Assembly (NCBI RefSeq): GCF_963506605.1
Contig: NC_083292.1
Span: 15,500,001 to 15,564,000 of the forward strand
DNA: 64,000 bases
Direction: 5' to 3'
Source of the DNA: Zootoca vivipara
Lineage: Eukaryota
Shown here: positions 37,101 through 48,634 of the stretch, piece after piece
Layout of the letters: each line of letters begins with the position of its first letter
Numbering within the stretch: the stretch's first letter is position 1
Notes under the pieces: generated by a model
Databases searched by the model: none
What the model was told of the DNA's origin: nothing
Seen by the model: the letters and a program-made list of their open reading frames with translations, nothing else
Position numbers and translations under genes: made by a program

Positions 37101-40100
37101 CACCCTTCAAGGCACACTGATGTTACTAGTGTTGTAAATAACGACAAAGGAGCAGCTCACCACAGAGAATACAAACACCTCCCCTTCTCTCCCAGCCAGC
37201 CTTGGCCCTCACCTCATTAGGATGCTGCAGGGCTCCCTTCAAAGCTGGTATGCTACCCTGAGACACTAGCAGATAAACAGGCTCCCTCTCCTCCCAAATG
37301 AGAGCCCTTCCAGCCAGCAGTTTCAGCTGCAGTTCAATTAGCATCCCACTTAATGCAACCTTCTATGGCCTCTAGCTTCCCGTTATTAATCACTATTTAC
37401 ACAGATACAGCTTTGCACGATGCAAGGTCATTAATACACAAGATTTCACAGACAGCGGAGACACTGTGACTTGGCTAGAGCCTCTCGTAACTGAGCCAAG
37501 ACTGGAGCCCAGATCTCGGGGGTTTAACTGCACAAACACTACCCAGAGGTTCTGAAGGCTGAACCCAAGTACCCTCCAGTCTAGATCAAGTCCAAAACAT
37601 GAAGCTCCAATAGTTATTTTGCCTGAGCAAGAGCCCATTCAATACGGAAACACTCCCGCTCCCACCCGGAGGTCCCTCAAGAACTAAATCAGCCAAAAGA
37701 TGGGTGTAGAAATGACTCTGAAAATGGGACTAGTTGCAGGTAGGTAGCCGTGTTGGTCTCACGTAGTCGAAACAAAAAATTAAAATAATTCCTTCCAGTA
37801 GCACCTTAGAGACCAACTAAGTTTGTCATAGGTATGAGCTTTCATGTGCATGCACACTTCTTCAGATACACTGAAACAGAAGTCACCAGACCCTTATGTA
37901 TAGTCAGAGGGTGGGTGTGATGGGAATGGGTGATGGGCTGATAGGAGTGGTAAACCTGTTGACGTTAACGACTGCAATTGGTCTTGCAGGAAAAAGCAAG
38001 GGGTGAGATGGCATAAGAAAGCTTTATTATGTATAATGAGATGGGAGTTTGTCTGAAAGCACCTGGGAGAATTTTCACTGGACATTATTCTAGGCCTGGT
38101 GATGATGAAGGCAGCAAAAAAAGGCCACCTAAGATAAGAACCAAAGAAGAACCCTACTGGGCGAGACAAAAGAGAATTCTTTTAGTTCAGCATACTACTT
38201 CTTAGAGGGGGCAATGTGATGACAACGGGGAAGAGTGACAGCTCAGTGGTAGAGCACATCCTTTGCATGCAGGAGATTCCAGGTTCAATCCCCGGGATCT
38301 CCAGGTAGAGCTTGTTGCTGTTGTTTAGTCGTTTAGTCGTGTCCGACTCTTCGTGACCCCATGGACCATAGCACGCCAGGCACTCCTGTCTTGCACTGTC
38401 TCCCGCAGTTTGGTCAAACTCATGTTCGTGGCTTCGAGAACACTGTCCAACCATCTCGTCCTCTGTCGTCCCCTTCTCCTAGTGCCCTCCATCTTTCCCA
38501 ACATCAGGGTCTTTCCCAAGGATTCTTCTCTTCTCATGAGGTGGCCAAAGTATTGGAGCCTCAGCTTCACGATCTGTCCTTCCAGTGAGCACTCAGGGCT
38601 GATTTCCTTCAGAATGGCTAGGTTTGATCTTCTTGCAGTCTCAGGTAGAGCTTAGAGAGACTCTAATGTAGTCCAAAACATCTGGAGGGCATCAGGTTAG
38701 GGAAGGCTGCCCTCAAGGTTCCATTCCCGTCACCAGGACTAGTCCAATTCCCTTCCCAAATGCTGGTTGAGCCCCCACCCTACACCCTCATCCCCATCAC
38801 AGGCACATATTCTCTTGCAGCCAGTGCAGCGGACATAAAGAAAGAAAACAGTTGTGTGTGGATGTGCCTGGGTGCCACCCCCCACATAAGAACACCGCAC
38901 CCCAAAAAGTGCCAGCAGGACTGGAGCACTCACCTCTCCCTTTTGGACTGTCATGGATTGTCTCCTGGGCGTGATCTCCTCATTGATACTAGACAGGAAG
39001 TTCTGGGAGATGCGGAGGGCATCCTGAAGAAGAGGGTAGTCAGGGTGGCTTGATGGAGTGTGCTTCAGTAGATCCTGCACCGCCAAGAGGAAGGAAGGTG
39101 AGGAGGAGAAAAAGTTCAGAGAATGGCAGCTGGAAATAAAAGGAGCTTCATATCAACAGGCCTTCCTAGGCCCCAGCAGGAGAGACACACGAGCTCACCT
39201 TAGCGGCAGCCGTTTTATCTTCCAGCCACCACTTTTATCTCTCATCACCACCACTAGTTACAGTCCTGTTACTGCAGATGGATCTTTACCAAGCAACATA
39301 AGCAAAAGAAGACAGGACCCCATTCCAAGGAGGCAACAACTCGGTATTTATCAGGAAGGAAGGAAGGAAAAGGGGAGGCACTTTGGAAGGCTGTTTTAGG
39401 ACTAAGCGGCAGCAAAGGTTAGGGTCATCTGGGGGAGCAAGAGACCTTTGAAAGGAGGCTGGGGGTGGTGGAAGGGAAGGAACACAACTCATGGGAGTGT
39501 ATTGGGGCACTGGAGAGATTGAGGCAACAGGTGGGTAGGAAGGTCCCAGAGGGCTGTGAGGAGCAAGCGGCTTGTGGCAGATGCGGAAGAGGAAAAGCTT
39601 TCATGGGGGCTGAGTGCCTTTCCTTCCCAGCAGAACCTGCCAAAATCCAGGGACTTTTCAGAAAAGTGACAAAGACCTTCCAGTTTTGTCTGGCTTCCAG
39701 GTTTATGTAGGCATGGGGTAATTTTAAGCTGCTTGAGTATTATAATCCAGTAGTGTACTGTGTTACATTTGCTCTGAACATTATTTTGAATCTAGAAACC
39801 AAGCCAAGCCCTTAGGGCAGCCAATTTCTACCCTAAATTCACACCCATACCCCCTTTGTATTTTTAACTGCAAACAAAGGGGTTTTTTTGGGGGGGGTCC
39901 AAACCTGTCAGCAAGAGCACAGCTGGAAACCTGATCTGATAACATGCTAAACTCAGATATGAAGGAGCACCTGAAAGTTCGCTACCCCAGTTCTGAAGCT
40001 GGGGGCATAGCAGGGGCATTTCCCAGGGTACTTCAAGCAACTCTTTTTCCAAGGGAATTGATCTTTTATAAAGCCTCCCAATATTTCATGGCCAGCAAAG

Positions 40101-41749
40101 CGTCATCTTCTCCTGAAGTTTGTCTTGGGAACAAACCGCGCCATGGTAGAGGAGACCCAGCACCAAATCTCGCAATGTTGTTTCTTTCAATCAAATGTCG
40201 TTTTTGCGCAAGCAGCAGCAGTGTTGCGAAATGGAGGCGAGGGTTAAAGAAAAAACCACTTCCTGCATGACTGCCTGTGGAAATGCTGGGAGACTGGATC
40301 ACGGCCCTCCTGCACTACATGGAGGGTGTGAGCAAAGGCAGTAGCCCTACACAAAGACCACTATGAAAACAGGCACCCCCAAAGAAGATTTGAAAAGGAC
40401 GATTTACCTTTATCTTTTTAAAAAACAAACAAACACGTCACTCAACACATTGGGAAAGGGAGCACAATGCCATCTTTGCCTGTGGTATGACTGTTTGGCT
40501 ACATATTTTTGCAACTATTATGAGTCCTGTTGTATATAAACCTCAAGGCTTCCCCGTCTTGCTCATTCCCAGCTAGCTCACTGCAATAGCGACGGCAGCA
40601 TCAGCGTTCAAAGCAACTTACGTGGAGCACAAGGGTGCTGCGTGTGACTCGGTCCACTGGCTTGTAAAGGAGAGCTGTGGAGAAAGGAAGATGACAAGGT
40701 CCCACATGAGCCGCAGCTTGGTGGACCAATGTAACCCACACAACTGCAGGGATGAAAGCCCAGCTCGAAGAGAAAGGAAAGTATTCTGCCAACCTAATCC
40801 GTAGGCGCGCTACTTACTTTCTAAGGAGTTTTTCGTCGTCTGCTCTTTTGAATCCTTGGTGCTTCTAGCCTTGAGATTCTATGAAAGGGGAGAAAGAAAA
40901 CATCCACTGTGTTAAGTTTTCTTCAAAGTGCAGCAGGGAACTGCCAGCTGTCCCCTACTTCGCATAATCAAGCTTAATTTGCCATGTAAAGGCAACTCTA
41001 GTCCAGTGGTCAACTCCATCCTTGCACAGTGCTTTTTGCTACCTTTTGGCAGCTGTGTCTATGGTTCCCCTGAAGACATGGCAAGCCCCGCCCCTCTTCT
41101 GCCCTTCTGCCACACTTGATTCGCAGTACCTGGTTTGGGGGGTGTCCTGGCAGAGTTTGGACATGATCCTGAAAACAAGGATAAGGTGTGGTTCCTTTCA
41201 GCGGTACAAGGCTAGGCGTGACTGCCAGGCAGGAGTGACCCAACTTGCAAGAAACCTCAAGAAGCTATTGCACAAGGTGCCCTACTCAAGGCGGCTTCTC
41301 CCCCAAAGGACACCCAGCAGCGCTGCAATTCCACTTGAGAAACCCTCAACCTTTCTAGTGCTGCTCCACCTCACTCCACTTGAGGCTAGCGAAGGCCTGC
41401 CATTTCCCAGACAGAGGGTGATGCTCGCCACTCGAGCGGCCTTGTTCACCTCCTCTTTTGCTAATGATATTTTTCATTGCAGGAGTTCAGACCCTCCCAA
41501 CCTGCCCCTTGCACGGCACGGAGGAGGTGGTGCCAGAGCAGCTCAAAGCCACTCCAGCTGAGTGTGCAAGGGTGTGTGTGTGTGTGTCACCTAATTAGAC
41601 TTCGCATCACCGGAAAAGGTCAATTTGGGGGTGGCCTCAAGACAAGAACCTTGAGAGGTCTTGGGTTGCATTAAGGGCCACGGCATGTGAGACGGGCATT
41701 AGTGACAAGACTGGAAGCTTCTCCTGTGCAAGCCACCCACTGAACAGGA

Positions 41750-41786
<37 letters not shown>

Positions 41787-44700
41787 GAGAGCGCACCACC
41801 TTTGAAGGGCAAGTGCTGCAGGGACATCCCAAGGGCTCCATCTGAGCGCATTAGTCAGAACGAGTCGCTGCACGTGTCTGAACATCATAACGTTACCTCG
41901 GAGATTTCTGCGAACTGAGCGTTGGCCTGACAACACTTCTCTGCCGTCTCCATGGCAACCTCATAGTTATCCACGAAGGCCCGGTACACTCCCAGCTGGC
42001 TGGCCTGCAGGAAGCAAATGCAACATGAAACAAACACCGGTGGGGTGGGGTGGGGGGAAGGGGGGCTGCGGGAGAAGACGGCCGCTGGCTCCACTGGATT
42101 CCAAAGTAAGAGAAGATGGCGAGCTGTCACAAAGCACAGAGGCACCTCCCACATCAGCTACCAGAGAGGATTGGGGGGGAGGGGGGAGGGATGGTGGTCA
42201 TCTGCCTACCCACATCTGGATTAACCCAGTGACCCACCCCTGCTGTGGCCGCTTTCTCCGCTGCATTCTGGCTAGTGGGTTAAGCGCTGTAGGGGCTGTG
42301 TCAGCCCCTTTGCCAGTCAGAGATGATTCAGCTGTAGGGCAGTAAAAACAAGACACACACACCTATAGCAGAGATATCCCTGCACAGTTACCGCAGATGT
42401 TCACACTGCCCCAAAGCCACCCGCATGCAGAGGCCCCTTTTTTTAGCATAGAGAAAAGTGCAAGAGGGATGAATGCAAAAGCAAAGCACTGAAAACAGAG
42501 CCTGGATCAGTTTAAGTCGCCGTTTCTCCTGCATTTGGAGAAGCCCAGCTGGTGAGAGAAAGTGCCTTGGACATTTCTCTGCAAAATTCTTTGGGGAGCT
42601 GCTTTTTGCTTTAATGGCTTGTTTTCATTTCCTTCTCATCCCAAGCTCAGTGGAGAAATAGATGTGACAAGTTAAAATAACTTTCAGTTCAAAAGATATA
42701 TTCTACTTTTTATCCTGCCCAGGGAGCTGAGGATGTTGTATATGGCCGCTCCATTCACAACCCTCTTCATTTTATCATCTCAACAGCCCTGCAAGGAAGC
42801 TCAGGCTCTCAAGCCACCCAGGGAGAACTTTACGGTTGACAACTGAGGCAGGAGGAGGGCAAAACAAAGATGGCAGAAAGAGATGGTGGTGGGCTCTGTG
42901 TGTGTGAGAGAGAGAGGGAGGAAGGGAGAGACTGAGAAGAATTTCTCCATTAGTTTGGTGCTGCTGCAATAGCAGCAGACCCAGAAGCCTTGGAATAAGC
43001 CCATCTTAATCACTGGGACTTAGCACTGATCTCATTTGCTGACTTGTAAATAGCAGCCATAGTTCATGCCTGCTCAGGAAAAGGCTGGGCAAATCCCAAG
43101 CATGTCTGAACTCTCAAGTAAATGTAAACTCTGCGCTTGCTGCCCAGCTGCACATTGCTCAGTGTGGAGCATTCACAGTGCAAAGAGCAAGCATCCATGG
43201 AGAAGGCACAGGGAAGCAAAGTGACTAATGTCATTTGTGCTCCACTGAGGGAGAAGGAGCTCATCTTCCAGCTTTTCATCCAGGGTTACCTCCAAGCATC
43301 CCTTTCATTGGGCATTCATAGAATCATAGAGTTGGAAGTGACCACAAGGATCATCTAATCCAGGCATCCCCAAACTTTGACCCTCCAGATGTTTTGGACT
43401 ACAATTCCCATCTTCCCATCTTGTGATACAGGAATATTTTTGCCCAATGTAGGGCTCAAACCAACTACCCTGAGATATATGAAAGGATGTCATATAGAGG
43501 AGGGAGAAAGATTGTTTTCTGCTGCTCCAGAGAAGCGGACACGGAGCAATGGATTCAAACTTCAAGAAAGAAGATTCCACCTAAACATTAGGAAGAACTT
43601 CCTGACAGTAAGAGCTGTTCGGCAGTGGGATTTGCTGCCAAGGAGTGTGGTGGAGTCTCCTTCTTTTGAGGTCTTTAAGCAGAGGCTTGACAGGCATATG
43701 TCAAGAATGCTTTGATGGTGTTTCCTGCTTGGCAGGGGGTTGGACTGGATGGCCTTTGTGGTCTCTTCCAACTCTATGATTCTATGAGATTGAGTGTCTC
43801 ATGCTCTAACAACTGAGCTAGCAAGCGTTGATTGTTTGTGCTCATGAAGGTATTGGGGTAGTTATATGCAATCCCACTTTCAATACTGCTTGCACCTCTG
43901 CAGTGGTTCTAGGCCAGGCATAGGCAACCTTGGCTCTCCAGATGTTCTGGAACTACAACTCCCATAATCCCTAGCTAACAGGGCCCGTGCTCAGGGATCA
44001 TGGGAGTTGTAGTTCCAAAACATCTGGAATGCCAAGGTTGCCTACGCCTGTTCTAGGCAGACATATTGCTTCATTTCCAAACAGTGCATGTTCAGCAACT
44101 TCAATCCAAAATCCTGCAGCTTTTTATGCCACAAATGTTCTAGTTTATTTTTCATTCCACTTTTATTCCACTATTGTATGCCCCTCCGGACGATAAAAGT
44201 TCAGTAACACAGGGGGAACATTGCAGAACTACTAGAACAGAATGATGTGGGGACAGCCCAGTATACATCCTCCACAAATGCACTGTTATTGTGTCAATGG
44301 CATGTTGCGAAAAATAAACCCAGCCTGGAGCAGCTCTCACTCCACAAATTCAAGTCCTCAGCTTCTGTTCTGGGCCAGGGAGAAAATGAACGTTCCCTTT
44401 GGTTTTTGGTGTTCAGCTCCCTGATTGTATTCGGGGATTGTACTTCATGTTAAAGACACACACAGAGAGAAGATGGCTATGGGTAGTAATGTTCATGAAT
44501 GTAGACAGCTCTAAAGGGAGATTAGATGAATTCACGAAGGATTAGACTAACAATTGCTACTTATGATGGCTGTAGACGACCCTTCAGTGTCAGGGGCAGT
44601 ATACCTCTCAAAAGCAGTTGCTGATCAGCACAAGTGGGGAGAGTTGCTGCTGCACTCAGCTCCTGCTTACAACTGGCATCTGGTTGGCCTCTGTGAGAAC

Positions 44701-47700
44701 AGAATGTTGATGAATCTTTGGCCTTACCTAGCTAGAGGGCTCTTCTGATATCCTTATGTTTTTCCCACTAGTTGTGGCCAACAAAGACTTGCTCCTCCTG
44801 CCTGGTCGCTGTTTCTTGGAGTGGCTGGCAGTGCAAGCCAGGCCCAGTCTCCCATTCCCCAAGCAGACAACTGGTGTGCAGACACATGGTAGTACTTGGA
44901 TGACCGTACTGAGTTGCGCTCACCATTTCTACGCACCGCAGAATTTCTCCTCCGGTCTGAAGAACTAGAGGCACCTCGAGAACGCGACATTTCCTTTCTT
45001 TAAAAGAGAACAAACTGGAAGAGCGGGGCCCAAGTGCTTTCCCCCACAGCCAGAGAAGAGGTGTGACAGCAACAACTAAGCAGGCAGCCCTGGGGCTTAC
45101 TGGCTGGGGAAAGAGCTCTTCCACGGTGCTGCCCCAAGAGGTACGGTATTTGGGCCAAGGTCAGGGTACAAGGAACGCTCAGGATATCCAAGGGGAGAAT
45201 ATGTCTACCCCCACAGTCTGCGGCTGAGGAGGCAGAACAGCAAGGCTAGATCAAAGCCGGAAGGAGGAGTGCGGATGGAGAGAGAAAGAGAGCTGGGGGA
45301 GGGGGAGGGAAGCAGGGGGAGGGGTGGGGGGAAGAACTGGCAGCTCCCAGGGAAAGGAGAGACAGACAGTGCCCTTGCTTCCCTTTGCAAACATCTGAAC
45401 CTCGTTTCTCCCTCTCCTCTCACTTCAAAAGGGGGCTTGGCAACTCCCCGAGGCAGGACTGCAAAGGCTTTGGGTCCAACAGGATCAAAAACAAAAGCTG
45501 GTCCTGGGGAGGGAGGGAAGTGGGGAGGGTTCCCTGCTGTGTGCCTCTCCCTCCGTCAATTGACCACAACCCAAATCATGTGCAGGCAATATGGGAAAGG
45601 AAAAAGAAAGTCCAGCTGCTGGGCGATGGTGCAGGGCAGCTCACTTTGCCCACGGCACAAGGACGGACGGACACAATGCTCGTATCTGAACGCTGAGCGT
45701 TTGCTCCCAACTCCAGTCAACAAAATGGCAGAGCTACAACAGGGCCAATGGGGGAAACCATTTCACCTTTGTCCCATGCGGATACAGCAGGAAAAATGGA
45801 TTCCTGTGGGTTTCTCATGGGCTATTATAAAACTCAAGAAGGGACCCGATAGTGAGAAAGGTTGTGGAAGCACAAAGACGCTCTAGAACAGCGTTTCTCA
45901 ACCACTGTTCCGCGGCACACTAGTGTGCCGCGAGACGCTGGCTGGTGTGCCGCGATGTGTGGCGACGAGAAGGGCGATTTGCATTGTCACGTGCCTGGCG
46001 GCCGCCAATAGACAGCGTTGACCAGCCAGAAAGCAATATTTCTCCTCCTCTTTCCCAAAGCTCAGTGCAAACGAGCCTGGCGGCCGCCAATACACAACAC
46101 TGACCCGCCGGAAAGCAATATTTGGCAAGTGTTTCTTACAGTCATAATTATAATATAGGGCGGCACAGAGTTAAATTTTTTAACTTTTTTAATGGTGGTG
46201 TGCCTCATGATTTTTTTCACGGAACAAGTGTGCCGTGGCCCAAAAAAGGTTGAGAAACACTGCTCTAGAAGCAATAGTTTAAAGAAATAAGGAGCAAGAT
46301 TTGTGATTTCTAGAGTATAAGAGTTAATATATAAATGTATAGATTTAAAATAAGAATCGGGTTGATAACAGTTATAAGAAGTTTGGTATTAGAAAATGTG
46401 AAGAATGTTGAAAACGTGAGCGCTGAAATGGTTACTAGTAGAAAAGTGGATGGGGGGAAGGAGGAAGTCACTGATACAAGAATTATAATAGTAAATGATA
46501 TATGGAATTTTTGTTCTTTTTTATTCTATGCTATTTGTTTTTGTTGTATTTTTCTTTTTTCTTGTGTGTTTTTCTATTTCTATTTTGTATTTCTTCTTGA
46601 AAAACTAATAAAAATTACTTTTTTTAAAAAAGGGAAACCGATAGTGAGAAGTACATGGGCTCCTAATTCCCATGAGCCTCAGCGTCATACAACTGTGTTG
46701 GCTGGGGCTGATGAGAACAGGAAGTTGCCATACAGAATGAGACCACTGATCCATCTGGCATGGTGTGGTCTCCACACTGACTGGCATGGGCTCTCTAGGC
46801 TTTTAGGCAATGAGTCTTTCCCCAGCTTCACCAGGAGATGGTATTCAACATTGAACCTGGGACCTTCTATGTGCCAAGCAGATGCTCTTGTCACTGAGCT
46901 GCAGTCCTCCCCCTTTGGAGTTCAGTTTACTTGAAGGTCACCAGGCTAAGGAAAGCTGCTTTTTATCTCTGGCCTAAACACTTAACTCTTCGGTTGAAAA
47001 ATGAACCGGAAAGCTCAACCGGTGTGCAAACCCACGCACACAAACATGCTCCAGACCAGGGGTCTGCAACCTTTAAGACAAAAAGAGCCACTTGGACCCG
47101 TTTCCAAAGAAAACAAACAAACTGGGAGCCGCAAAACCATTGCGACATTAAAAACAAATATAACACTGCATATATTGTTTCTTACCTTAATGCTATATAA
47201 TTCAGTGGGACTTACTTCTGAGAAACATGGTTAGGATCATTATCTACTGGCTTTTAGACTTCTCAAATGTTCAAATGTAGTTACTGGCCAAAAAAACACC
47301 TCTGTTTAAAAATGCCTATTTAAAAAAGCGAAAATATCTTTAGAAACATGTCTTTTTAAAAGAATATACATTTCAAAATGTGTGTTTTTGGGGTTCTTGT
47401 TTAAATAGGTGGCAGATTAATAGAATGGACTTGTGCAGAATTAGAATAGACCAGAAATAGATGGAGTTGTCCAACCATACAAAAAAGCCACCAGCCCCCC
47501 CCCGGGGGGGGGCTATATGCCAAGGAGGGACGAAGGCGGTGAGGGGCAGTGGCGCGGCTCCGTCTCCTCACCGCTTCCCCGGGCGTCTGTCAGTGGCAGC
47601 GGCAGCAGCAGCAGGGGCCGGGGAACGGGAGCCTCCTCAGCGCTAGAGTGGCAGCAACAGCAACCGCAGGGGGCGGGCATGGCTAAAGCTCCCTCTGACT

Positions 47701-48595
47701 GTACCTTGGAGAGACTGAGTGGCTGGCAAAGGAAGGAAAGGGAGGGAGGGAGGGAAGGAAGGAAGGAAGGAAGGGAGGGAGGGAGGGAGGAAGGAAGGAA
47801 GGAAAGGATGGAGGGCGCCCGGGACGTGTGTGTGTGTGTCCCTCCTTTTCCTCCACACACACCCCGCCACCGCCCGCTCAGCTCTTCTCCTCCTTCCTCC
47901 CCTTCGGTTACATTTTTCCACAAGTAGCTGCTCGCCTCGCAAAAGCCCTTTCCAAGAAAGAAGACGTGGTGGAAATGTGAGACTGGAGGCGCGCGCGCTG
48001 CTGGCCCCCTCGGGAAAGCCAGCCGGAAAGCCGGAGTCATGTGCTGCCCTGCGCCTCTTTAAAATGCCGTTGACAGTGCGCGGCAGTGGAGGTCGCCCGG
48101 CAAAAGTGCGTGCCTCGCGATCGAGAAAAGCCGGAGCGCGCCCGGCGGACAAGGGGCGGAGCCTTGTTGGCCCAGGCCAGTTGGCCTCGTTAGCAGGGCC
48201 GGTGCTAGGGTTTTTTGCGCCCTAGGCGAGATCACCATCTGACCCCCCCCCCCCGAGGTGGTGGACTCTCCTTCCGGGAAGGCTTTGAAACAATGGTTGG
48301 ATGACCATTTGGATACGTTAGTTGAGATTCCTGCATTGCAGGGGGTGGACTAGATGATCCCTGGGTGCCTTCCAATTCCACCCCATTCCATGATTCTATG
48401 ATGCCTCTCTTAGAGGGTGGGGTAAAGCCTGACCAGCCTCCCTCTTCGGCCTCCCCTCCTTACACCCCTATTGGCCGATCACTCCATGCCTATCAAGCAA
48501 TTCCCCACATGGCATTGGCCCACTTTGTACAGACTAGGGATGGGAGGGAGGGGAAGAAACAGAGAAGGGGGCAAGGCTCCCCCCTCTCCCTCACA

Positions 48596-48634
<39 letters not shown>

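Noticed and set aside
36560-37147. 195-aa minus-strand ORF / possible first exon in intron 8
   Set aside because: Nearby donors (36617, 36578) are in phase 2 for this frame and incompatible with phase-0 exon 9, and there is no homology. It may still be regulatory.
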